DNA from: Bacteroidia bacterium
GTDB taxonomy: Bacteria > Bacteroidota > Bacteroidia > Palsa-965
DNA length: 64,000 nucleotides
NCBI GenBank assembly: GCA_038237845.1
Contig: JBBRYH010000013.1
Coordinates: 5,454-69,453 of the forward strand
Reading direction: 5' to 3'
Shown one piece after another: positions 30,352 through 38,653 of the stretch; positions within the stretch are counted from its first letter, which is position 1; the number at the start of each line of letters is the position of its first letter. Position numbers and translations under genes: made by a program. Under the pieces are notes generated by a model, which was not told the origin of the DNA, did not search any database, and saw nothing but the letters and a program-made list of their open reading frames with translations.

Positions 30352-31869
30352 ATGAAAAGAATTAGCAAATATTGTTTTTTGGTTTTTGCAATTTGTTTTT
30401 TTGTTAAAGCAAATGCTCAAACAAATCCAAACCTCGTTTCAAATCCCGACTTTGAAAGTTATACCCAATGCCCTATTGCTAATTTTAATAGTTTTTTTGT
30501 AACAAATTGGAATCAAGTTACATTTCAGGGTGGATCGTCAGATTATTTTAATGCCTGCAATAACATGCCAAACGGAAATGGAGACATGGGTGTGCCTAAT
30601 AACAATCTCAATAGTAATAATCCAGCTGGTTTAAACGCGAATTCTGGCGTTGCTTATTCAGGACTTCTATCTCGAGAATCTCTTAATGAAATTGAATTTA
30701 TTTATACAACAGTACAGTTAACAGCCGATGTTAAATATGATGTTTCTTTCTATGTTAGTTTAGCCTCCGTTTCAGCATATGCAACTCCTTTGTCAATAGC
30801 GTTTACACAAAATTCTCTTATAACGAACGACCCGCTAAATAATTTTTCCAATGCAAATTTCCGTACATCGCCCTCTGTAATAGATAATAGCGAAACTTGG
30901 CAACAATTGACTTTTGACATTACTCCGAATTCAAGCGGAATATATTATTTGGTAATTGGAAATTTCTCCACCAGTAACGCAGCCCTTTCTACAACAGGTT
31001 GTTTTGCTTGTAGCGATTTCGCCTATTACTACATCGACGATGTTGTAGTAAAAGAACATGAAGGATGTTGTCCTGAAAATCTCACCATTAGTAATACTAC
31101 TCTAACGGGGAATGAAATATTCGGCGCAACAAACACCATCACTGTTGGACCAAATGTAATTACAGAACCAGGAGCCCAGATAGATTTGATTGCAGGAAAT
31201 TCAATTACGTTTCTTCCCGGTTCTGATATCGGCCCGAATGTGAACGCGATGATTGGAGAATGTCCGGGAGCATTTCAGAATGCTTCGAGTACATTACAAA
31301 ATTATATTGTTACGCCCGACGGCGATGGAATTAATGACGAAGTATGTATTGCAATATCCGGCAGTCCAACATATAATGTACAAGTCACGAATATTTTGGG
31401 ACAAGTAATCTTTAATGGTGGTGGAAATGTAAGCGCACAACCACTATGTGTTTGGAATGGAACTTGTAATTTCGGGACATTATGCAATAATGAAAGTGTT
31501 GCAGCTGGGTATTATTTTCTAACATTAACTATCATTGGTTGCGATGGCCTGCCGGTTATTCAGACTTATGACATTTTAGTCTCTTATCCAGGCGGAAGGA
31601 TTTGCTTAATAAATGAAGGTATAGTTGACTCAACTGAAAATGGAAGTTTAATTATTTTCCCAAACCCCGCCACAAATTCAGTTCACATCAACAATATTTC
31701 AGCGAATTCCCAAATAAAGATTTTAGATGTAAAAGGTCAAATTATTTCTGAATTCATTTCTGAAAAGCAAGATATTGATATTGATTTGAAAAATATTTCG
31801 GCAGGAATTTATTTTGTTGAAGTAAATGATGGTCAGAAAAAAGCGGTTAGGAAATTGGTTGTTTATTAG
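30352..31869 (+). CDS. T9SS cargo protein: NLVSNPDFE-type N-terminal domain, internal type-B-like module and terminal type A sorting domain
   Basis: Signal peptide. QTNPNLVSNPDFESY N-domain. Residues about 317-412 (IVTPDGDGINDE...VWNGT...AGYYFLTLTI) resemble a type B CTD. The terminal IFPNPATNSVHI...AGIYFVEV is a type A CTD. Confidence 0.8.
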   Translation: MKRISKYCFLVFAICFFVKANAQTNPNLVSNPDFESYTQCPIANFNSFFVTNWNQVTFQGGSSDYFNACNNMPNGNGDMGVPNNNLNSNNPAGLNANSGVAYSGLLSRESLNEIEFIYTTVQLTADVKYDVSFYVSLASVSAYATPLSIAFTQNSLITNDPLNNFSNANFRTSPSVIDNSETWQQLTFDITPNSSGIYYLVIGNFSTSNAALSTTGCFACSDFAYYYIDDVVVKEHEGCCPENLTISNTTLTGNEIFGATNTITVGPNVITEPGAQIDLIAGNSITFLPGSDIGPNVNAMIGECPGAFQNASSTLQNYIVTPDGDGINDEVCIAISGSPTYNVQVTNILGQVIFNGGGNVSAQPLCVWNGTCNFGTLCNNESVAAGYYFLTLTIIGCDGLPVIQTYDILVSYPGGRICLINEGIVDSTENGSLIIFPNPATNSVHINNISANSQIKILDVKGQIISEFISEKQDIDIDLKNISAGIYFVEVNDGQKKAVRKLVVY

Positions 31870-32065
31870 TTAATTGTTTTTCATTTACCAAATGTGAAAA
31901 CCGAAAAAGAAGTGAAAGAAAACGGATCTAATCTTGAAGAGAACGTGGCATTCGAGAAGAAGATTTTACTTATTTGCCCGTTGGCTTATATTTCTATAAC
32001 ATTTTGGGTAATCAAAACTCATCGGGGAAATTTATAATCGAAAAATAAACTGGTTAGCCCCAAAA

Positions 32066-32740
32066 ATGAGATTCTTTCTTTTCACCTTAATTATTGCATC
32101 CTATTCATTTGTGCATGCGCAATGTTTTCCTCGTCTTTCAATAAAGCTTGGCACAAGTATTTCCGGGCAAATAAAAGAGCCTCAATATTTTGAAGACGGG
32201 GGCATTAAATATGGTTTAGCAGTTTCGGTTGAAACTACAATAATAAGTTTTGGAAAACAAAAACAATTTGATCTGAGTGCAGATATTTCCTTTATCCAGA
32301 AAGGAGGTGGTAACTATAGTCCAATCACAGCACCAAGTGGAGGTACAGGAGGTGAGCGATACCCAGTGACCATCAGCTATTTTTTTTTCGCCGGCATTTA
32401 AATGGAATTTATTTAAGGTGCTTTTTGTAAAAGCAGGTCCAAGGATCGACGCGTTAGTGAATTTTGATACAAAAGACATGTTTGCATCTGATCCCAGGAC
32501 AAGAAAAAATTTAACTCCACCACATTTGGTATAACATATGGGATCGGAATTTGTGCTGGGAAAAAGACAACAAAATTTATATTTGAGCTTGTAGGTCAAA
32601 ATGTTTTTTCGAATTCATCTTACAATCCTGCATCACGACAAACGTTTCGGAATTTTTGTTACTTGGTGAATTTGGGAATTACTTTCTCTCTGAATAAGGA
32701 ATATTTTTTTTACGCCTCTGATCTTTTCGGCCCCGGTTGA
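32066..32740 (+). pseudogene. outer-membrane beta-barrel (OMP_b-brl_2 / porin-family-like) gene disrupted by two frameshifts
   Basis: Frame 0 (32066-32401) has a signal peptide and beta-strand pattern, then stops just after a T9 run (32380-32388). The sense continues in frame +1 (SPAFKWNLFKVLFVKAGPRIDALVNFD...). It returns to frame 0 near an A6 run (about 32503-32508) with FGITYGIGICAGKKTTKFIFELVGQ...YLVNLGITFSL. Confidence 0.5.
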
Positions 32741-32811
32741 AAAGTTTTCAGATAAAACGGTTCGAAATAAGCAAGATCTTCAAAATCATTTGCGAGAAAT
32801 TTGGTTTCTGC
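32710..32811 (-). repeat. right copy of the 102-bp direct repeat (inside intact tsaB)
   Basis: 32732-32811 is identical to 25557-25636. 32710-32731 matches 25535-25556 with 7 mismatches, mostly at synonymous positions. Confidence 0.9.
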
Positions 32812-33393
32812 AATCGACATTAAATGTTTCGCGGAACAATATCCTGAATCAGTAAAAACCGCATTCGGAAATTTACTCAGCATTTCTTTTGCCTTCGGCA
32901 TTCCATCACCGGAAAAAAGGATGCGGTCTTCTGCAAGCAAAATGGAAAATGAATCTTCGTTTAAAATATGTGGTTCTACTTTTTCAATTTCATTTCCTAA
33001 GTGATCATAGATTGCACAATACACTTCCATTCTTCTAGCATCTAACATTGGACAAAGAAGATCGCCGGGTTTTGCTTCTGTCTGCATGCCGCAAGCCATT
33101 GCTTCTAAAGTTCCAATCGCAATTAAAGGTTTTGTTAAAGCGTAACAAATTCCTTTTGCAGCCGAAACTCCAATTCGCAATCCTGTATATGAACCAGGCC
33201 CTTTGCTAACTGCAACCGCATCTAAATCTTTAAAAGTAATACCAGCTTCCTTAACAACCTCTTCACAGAAAACAGTTAGCACTTCTGCATGCCGATTGGC
33301 TTCATTTATTTCGCGAAAAGAAATTATTTTTCCATCCCGCGATAATGCGACAGAACAGATAGTAGTAGACGATTCAAGTAATAAGATTTGCAA
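32710..33393 (-). CDS. tsaB: tRNA N6-threonylcarbamoyladenosine synthesis protein TsaB
   Basis: 227 aa. MQILLLESSTTICSVAL...GPGSYTGLRIGVSAAKG is the TsaB/YeaZ signature. Confidence 0.9.
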   Translation of the reverse strand: MQILLLESSTTICSVALSRDGKIISFREINEANRHAEVLTVFCEEVVKEAGITFKDLDAVAVSKGPGSYTGLRIGVSAAKGICYALTKPLIAIGTLEAMACGMQTEAKPGDLLCPMLDARRMEVYCAIYDHLGNEIEKVEPHILNEDSFSILLAEDRILFSGDGMPKAKEMLSKFPNAVFTDSGYCSAKHLMSIAETKFLANDFEDLAYFEPFYLKTFQPGPKRSEA

Positions 33394-33418
33394 AATTCAA
33401 AATTGAAATCAGAAAAGA

Positions 33419-34798
33419 TTATTTTTCAATTACGGATAATTGTTCTTTAGTCACCTTGTCCACCTTTGCCCCATTAAACAAAAGTGTACTAATGGATTTG
33501 TAGGGAGCACTTACAACTTCATCATTTTCTTTCAGTCCCGAAACAATTTCTATGAACATATTATCTTCCACTCCTGTTTTAACAGGAACCAATTTTACAG
33601 TTCCATCGCGATAAACGAAAACACATTCGATCGGTTTTTTCTCTTCTTTCTTTTCTTTGTTTTTAGAATCGCCAACAACAATAGATTGATTTTCATCACC
33701 ACCTGGTCCGCCCGACATTTTATCATCCTTTTCACCTACACCATGTTTAGTTGTTGTATCCAATCGAGTAGTAACAGATTGAATCGGAATAGTAATAACT
33801 CCATAAACAGATTTTGTTTGAATTTCCACTGTTGCAGACATGCCGGGAAGAAAACAATAACGATCAGGATGTAGAGGATCAATAAGATCCAGATATGAAT
33901 CTCTAAGAATGCGAATTTTCACAGGGAAATTTGTTACTTGATCACTGGAAACACCAAGTGTATTTGCTGAGTTTGCAACTTCAGTTACAATGCCTTTAAA
34001 TTTTCTATTGTTGTGTGCATCTACTTCAATTAATGCGGTATCACCTTCCATCACGCGCAGAATATCATTTTCATTGACATCAACCTGAACTTCCATTTCA
34101 TTTAAGTTAGCAAGACGCATAATTTCTGTTCCTTCCATTTGAGCCATACCGATGATACGTTCGCCTTTGCGCTTATTTAATTTGGAAATTGTTCCATCGA
34201 CAGGAGCATAAATTGTCGTTTTAGCAAGGTTGTCGTTTGCTTCTTTCAAAGAGGCTTGGGTACTGCTAACATTAAAATCTGCACTCTTTACACTTTCTCC
34301 TGAAGCGTTAACATCTGCAACAGCACTTTCGTAAGTTGCTTTTATCTGTTCAAATTCTGCATCAGAAATAGCTTGCTGATCATGCAATTTTTTATTTCGA
34401 TTATAATTTGCTTCAGCATTTAGAAATTGTGCTTTGGATTGTTCCATTCTTGCAGAGCTATTCGCCAATTGTGCCTTTGCGCCGTTTAATGTAGAAGACA
34501 TTCGTTGTACTGCTGATTGATAAATAATAGGATCAATGCGCAATAATAAATCTCCTTTACGAACGGTGTCTCCTTCTTTTACAAGCAATTCAACAATCTC
34601 TCCTGACACATCAGAAGAAATTTTCACTTCTACTTCAGGCTGCACTTTTCCGCTTGCAGAAACAATTTCAGTGATGTCTCTTTTGGTGGCATTTTCAGTT
34701 GCAACTTTTAGTGTTTCTGCCCCGGAACCTTTTTTCCAAATGACAATAACAATAAGTAACGCTATCAAAATTCCGCCGATGATTAAAAATCGTTTCAT
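33419..34798 (-). CDS. efflux transporter periplasmic adaptor subunit (HlyD/MacA-type membrane fusion protein)
   Basis: N-terminal membrane anchor, lipoyl-like segments (VKEGDTVRKGDLLLRID), a long coiled-coil region and a beta-barrel C-terminal part. Confidence 0.85.
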   Translation of the reverse strand: MKRFLIIGGILIALLIVIVIWKKGSGAETLKVATENATKRDITEIVSASGKVQPEVEVKISSDVSGEIVELLVKEGDTVRKGDLLLRIDPIIYQSAVQRMSSTLNGAKAQLANSSARMEQSKAQFLNAEANYNRNKKLHDQQAISDAEFEQIKATYESAVADVNASGESVKSADFNVSSTQASLKEANDNLAKTTIYAPVDGTISKLNKRKGERIIGMAQMEGTEIMRLANLNEMEVQVDVNENDILRVMEGDTALIEVDAHNNRKFKGIVTEVANSANTLGVSSDQVTNFPVKIRILRDSYLDLIDPLHPDRYCFLPGMSATVEIQTKSVYGVITIPIQSVTTRLDTTTKHGVGEKDDKMSGGPGGDENQSIVVGDSKNKEKKEEKKPIECVFVYRDGTVKLVPVKTGVEDNMFIEIVSGLKENDEVVSAPYKSISTLLFNGAKVDKVTKEQLSVIEK

Positions 34799-34825
34799 GA
34801 TTTGAATATAATTAATTGAATGATT

Positions 34826-36334
34826 TTAGAAAGTAAGTGGTTTTCCTTGATAATAATCAAGCACCTTTATTCTGAAAATGTAATCGTATTTAGATTGAAC
34901 AAGATTGGACTCAGCTATTGTCAGATTGTTTTTAGAATTATTATAATCAATGGAGTTAAGTGAACCAAGATTAAATTTTTCTTCGTTGTACATGAATGCT
35001 TCTTTAGCTGCGTCAACTGCTTTTTGTGTTGCCTGGTATTTCAAATAGGCTGCCTGAGCATCTGCATAAGCTTGAGAAATGTTTTTATGTAATTGTTGTT
35101 CTGATAAATCAATCGTTAATTGTGCACTTTCTCTCTGAATTTTTGCTCTAGAAATTGAAGTGTTGACTTGGAATCGATTGAAAATTGGAATGTTTAGTTG
35201 CAAACCCAAACTTTTATTTACGTTGTTATTAAACTGATCTCCAAATGGAGTAGTTGCATAAGTATTGCTAAACGAAGGAATTAAAACATAATCGCCTGCC
35301 GTAGTAATTCCAAAAGTATCGACACCAAGTGTTGAACTGGTAACATCTTTTGCAAGTCCTGAATATCCAGTACCAATCGATCCTTGTAAAGTTAATTGCG
35401 GACTTAAAGCTCCGTAAGCGATTGCAACACCTTTATCCGCACTTAAATAATCCAATTGTGCCTTTTTAATTCCGGGTTGTGAAGTAAGTGCTGTTTGATA
35501 AATCTGCGCAGGTGTAACACTCAAAATATTTTCGTTTGGGATTTCAAAAATAGGTTTAACAATATTAAATCCTTCTGTCGTGTCGAGGTTCATTAATTGA
35601 GTGAGATTTAAATACGCCATGGTTACAGAACTTTGTGCAGTAACTTCATTCACCTGTTCATTCGCTAACTGCGATTGCAAATTCAAAAGTGTTCCTTTTG
35701 ACTGCGCCCCTGCCGTTACAAATTTTTGCATTCGATCAACTTGAGCTTGCGTTTGTATGGTCTGTTGTTTTGCAAGTTCTAATTGTTCCATCGTATACAA
35801 AACATTCAAGTAGGCGCTAGCCACATTCATTCCAATATCATATTGCGTTTGCATTACCTGAAAACGATTTGCTTCTAAAGAATATTTTGATTGTTTAAGG
35901 GTATTGACATTCTGCAATCCGCTGAAAAGCGTAACGGAACTACTGACATAAAAATTTTCAGAGAGCACCTGACTATTGGCAAATGTATTTGTGTAACGAT
36001 CAACCGTTCTTCCATACTGATACGTGTGCGACATACCGGCATTCAAATTGGGAAGAAAATTTCCCTGACTTGATAATACCTGAGCCTGAGAAAGCTGAAC
36101 ATTTAATTGTTGCTGTTGAACTGATAAATTATGTACTTGTGCATAATCCACACATTCCTGCAAAGTCCAAGCCTGCGTAATGTCGCGTAAATGCAAAGTT
36201 GTATCCTGTGGTACTAGCGTGTTCGACCAATTATAAGTTTGTTGCGGCTCCAAAGGACCATTTTGGGCAAAAGCAAAAGCAGACACAACGGTTGAGAGGA
36301 CGAAACTGACGAAAAAAGATTTTAGTTGCTTCAT
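34826..36334 (-). CDS. TolC family outer-membrane efflux protein
   Basis: Signal peptide. Two-repeat OEP architecture (LTLQECVDYAQVHNLSVQ...; ...YDYIFRIKVLDYYQGKP). Confidence 0.85.
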   Translation of the reverse strand: MKQLKSFFVSFVLSTVVSAFAFAQNGPLEPQQTYNWSNTLVPQDTTLHLRDITQAWTLQECVDYAQVHNLSVQQQQLNVQLSQAQVLSSQGNFLPNLNAGMSHTYQYGRTVDRYTNTFANSQVLSENFYVSSSVTLFSGLQNVNTLKQSKYSLEANRFQVMQTQYDIGMNVASAYLNVLYTMEQLELAKQQTIQTQAQVDRMQKFVTAGAQSKGTLLNLQSQLANEQVNEVTAQSSVTMAYLNLTQLMNLDTTEGFNIVKPIFEIPNENILSVTPAQIYQTALTSQPGIKKAQLDYLSADKGVAIAYGALSPQLTLQGSIGTGYSGLAKDVTSSTLGVDTFGITTAGDYVLIPSFSNTYATTPFGDQFNNNVNKSLGLQLNIPIFNRFQVNTSISRAKIQRESAQLTIDLSEQQLHKNISQAYADAQAAYLKYQATQKAVDAAKEAFMYNEEKFNLGSLNSIDYNNSKNNLTIAESNLVQSKYDYIFRIKVLDYYQGKPLTF

Positions 36335-36400
36335 AGTTTTACGAACGCAAAGTTATCGATTATGCGTTACTAAGTAAGGGCTTTTGTACCTTTATATTCT

Positions 36401-36979
36401 ATGAATTTTCTGGCCCATTTCTACCTTTCCGGGGATAAGGAACACTTATTGATTGGCAATTATATTGCTGATTCCGTTAAGGGGAATAACCTGGAAGCCT
36501 TTGATGGTGCGGTACAGGAAGGAATTCGAATGCATCGCGAAATTGATTATTTCACGGATACACATCCTATCACTTCCAGAAGTAAAGCCCGTTTACGGGA
36601 AACCTTTAATCACTTTTCGGGTGTAATTGTTGACATTTTTTATGATCATTTTCTGGCCAAAAACTGGCATGAATTTTCAAAAGAGCCTCTTGAGGATTAT
36701 GCGCAGAGGATTTATTCATTTTTAGAAAAAAATCAAACTCTTTTTCCGGAGGAACCGCGGAGCATGTTGGTTTTTATGAAAAAGCATAATTGGATAATGG
36801 CTTACACCGAAATTGAGGGCATCCGTAGGGTCTTGACAGGAATGTCGAAAAGAGTAAAGGTTGATTCCAAGATGGAATTAGCTGCAGATTACCTAGAAAA
36901 GGAATACCTGTTATTTGAAAAAGATTTCAGAGACTTTTTTCCTGATATAATTCGGCATACTGAAAAATACAGACGATGA
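36401..36979 (+). CDS. acpH: acyl carrier protein phosphodiesterase (AcpH family)
   Basis: The N-terminal MNFLAHFYLSGD matches the AcpH hallmark (MNFLAHLHLA in E. coli). About 190 aa. Confidence 0.7.
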   Translation: MNFLAHFYLSGDKEHLLIGNYIADSVKGNNLEAFDGAVQEGIRMHREIDYFTDTHPITSRSKARLRETFNHFSGVIVDIFYDHFLAKNWHEFSKEPLEDYAQRIYSFLEKNQTLFPEEPRSMLVFMKKHNWIMAYTEIEGIRRVLTGMSKRVKVDSKMELAADYLEKEYLLFEKDFRDFFPDIIRHTEKYRR

Positions 36980-37079
36980 TTTTCGGTCTTAACATTTGAA
37001 CCGATTTCTAAACAATTCATTCATTTTGTCTTCTTGTTCTAATAATATAGATCATAGTAATTTGTGAAAACAAAAACCT

Positions 37080-37250
37080 ATGATGTCTTCAGAAAATCTT
37101 TCTCTGTTTATTCTACTTGTAATCATTGTAGCGTTCGTTGGTCTGGCGCTTTTACCAGTTGAAATTATTGTTGCAGATGAGAATAAATTTTCCGAAGAAG
37201 ATAGTTTAACCACGGACAATTACCTTCCAGCAAAGGAATTCAGTAATTAG
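37080..37250 (+). CDS. possible small single-pass membrane protein (56 aa)
   Basis: ATG-ATG start and one clear hydrophobic helix (LSLFILLVIIVAFVGLALLPV). Below the ORF-track cutoff, with no other support. Confidence 0.2.
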   Translation: MMSSENLSLFILLVIIVAFVGLALLPVEIIVADENKFSEEDSLTTDNYLPAKEFSN

Positions 37251-37896
37251 AATCTTTTTGGGATTTTCCGTGGTTATTTTTAGTCCATTTATCAGCGAAG
37301 TAAAAAGCTAATAGGGAAAATAATGGAGCAGAAATAATGTCAATGACGTAATGTACACGTTGAGCAGCCAATAAAATTCCTGCAATAAAAGCAGCAGCAA
37401 CAAGCAATCCTCTAATCCACTTGCTAGAGAGAATAGGAATGAAGAGAATAATGGTGGCAACGTGACCTGAGAAAAACAAATCTTTCAAGTTTGGTCGACC
37501 ATTATAAAATGTAGCATGCAAGAAGGGGTCCTGAAGTGGAATGATATTCGATGGTGGGTTGAGTGGAAAAATCAATAGACAAATCATTCGAAGTAATTGG
37601 AGTAGGAGATAGGTGCGAATTAATAAAAGGGTAGTTGTAGGATTTCGCAAACAAAAAATCAATCCGAGTAAAGCAGCTGCATAGGTAATCGAAAAAATAT
37701 AGGGTGAGAAATCCTGTGGTGAAATAATTCCATCTAACCAACCCTTTTCAATGACAAAGCCATTTCGATTTTCAGAATATTGTAAAACAAAAAAGAAACC
37801 GGTCATCACCAAACCAAACAATAATAAACTCATTGCAAGTTTTTCTCTGAATGTTTTATCCTTCAGAGCAGCAGACCAGTTTTCTACGCTTAACAA
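37240..37896 (-). CDS. PAP2-related (sphingomyelin-synthase-like PAP2_C) integral membrane protein
   Basis: Multi-pass membrane protein with SGH (FFSGHVAT) and HYxxD (RVHYVIDI) motifs, corresponding to the C2/C3 phosphatase motifs. Confidence 0.55.
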   Translation of the reverse strand: MLSVENWSAALKDKTFREKLAMSLLLFGLVMTGFFFVLQYSENRNGFVIEKGWLDGIISPQDFSPYIFSITYAAALLGLIFCLRNPTTTLLLIRTYLLLQLLRMICLLIFPLNPPSNIIPLQDPFLHATFYNGRPNLKDLFFSGHVATIILFIPILSSKWIRGLLVAAAFIAGILLAAQRVHYVIDIISAPLFSLLAFYFADKWTKNNHGKSQKDSNY

Positions 37897-37921
37897 ATTT
37901 GCAAATTAAAATATTAGCTTA

Positions 37922-38641
37922 TTATAAAGACATCATCTCTTTTAATTTAACGGCCTGTCTTCTCGAAATCTCTACTGTTTCTCCTCCACGTAATTTTACA
38001 AGCAATCCTCCATTGAACCAACTTTCAATATTTTCTACCCACTGCAAATTAATAATATGTTTTCTGCTTGCTCTGAAAAAGGTTTTATTGTTTAATCGTT
38101 CATCTAAATAATTTAATGAACGCAGAATTAAAGGCTTGCTAGTTCCAAAATATAAACGAACATAATTTCCTTCTGATTCAAATAATCTGACTTCACCAAG
38201 TTTTACAAACCAACAACGCTCTCCGTCTTTTACAAATACTTGGTCTGTTTCAGATAATGTATTGCTGTTTTCGGGAGCGTCTTTCTTTTCCGCTAAATGA
38301 GAGTTAAGTTTTTGAATGGTGTCGGAAAGCCGTGCAGGTTGAACTGGTTTTAATAAATAGTCCATCGCACTGACTTCAAAAGCCTTGATGGCGAATTCAT
38401 CATGGGCCGTTACAAAAACAACTTCCGGAACAAAAGTCAATTCCTCCAATAAATCAAAACCCGTTTTGCCGGGCATTTGTATATCTAGAAATATAACATC
38501 AGGCTTTAGCGAATTTACATTTTCAATAGCAGTCTTTACATCTCCACATTCCGCAATAATTTCAATACCGGGATAAGTTGACAGCATTGATTTCAATTCC
38601 TGTCTGGCTAATCGCTCATCATCAATAATAATAACTTTCAT
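37922..38641 (-). CDS. LytR/AlgR family response regulator (REC + LytTR DNA-binding domain)
   Basis: MKVIIIDDE...DVIFLDIQMPGKTGFDL receiver domain. C-terminal LytTR-type segment (FFRASRKHIINLQWV). Confidence 0.9.
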   Translation of the reverse strand: MKVIIIDDERLARQELKSMLSTYPGIEIIAECGDVKTAIENVNSLKPDVIFLDIQMPGKTGFDLLEELTFVPEVVFVTAHDEFAIKAFEVSAMDYLLKPVQPARLSDTIQKLNSHLAEKKDAPENSNTLSETDQVFVKDGERCWFVKLGEVRLFESEGNYVRLYFGTSKPLILRSLNYLDERLNNKTFFRASRKHIINLQWVENIESWFNGGLLVKLRGGETVEISRRQAVKLKEMMSL

Positions 38642-38653
38642 GTTATTTAGATA

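Larger units (their letters stand above)
25637..32709. mobile_element. putative integrated genomic islet (about 7.1 kb) at the tsaB 3-prime end; no mobility gene visible
   Basis: Bounded by the 102-bp direct duplication of the tsaB 3-prime end. Its content is plus-strand accessory surface-protein genes plus gene remnants. The left boundary abuts the terminator of the neighbouring convergent gene. Confidence 0.4.

Noticed and set aside
32216-32599. 127-aa minus-strand ORF
   Set aside because: It is antisense to the frameshifted outer-membrane barrel pseudogene, whose three-segment reading gives a much more coherent protein.
33440-33874. 144-aa plus-strand ORF inside the membrane-fusion protein gene
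   Set aside because: It is antisense to a confidently identified gene. Its low-complexity, Phe/Asn-rich composition is typical of shadow ORFs in AT-rich DNA.
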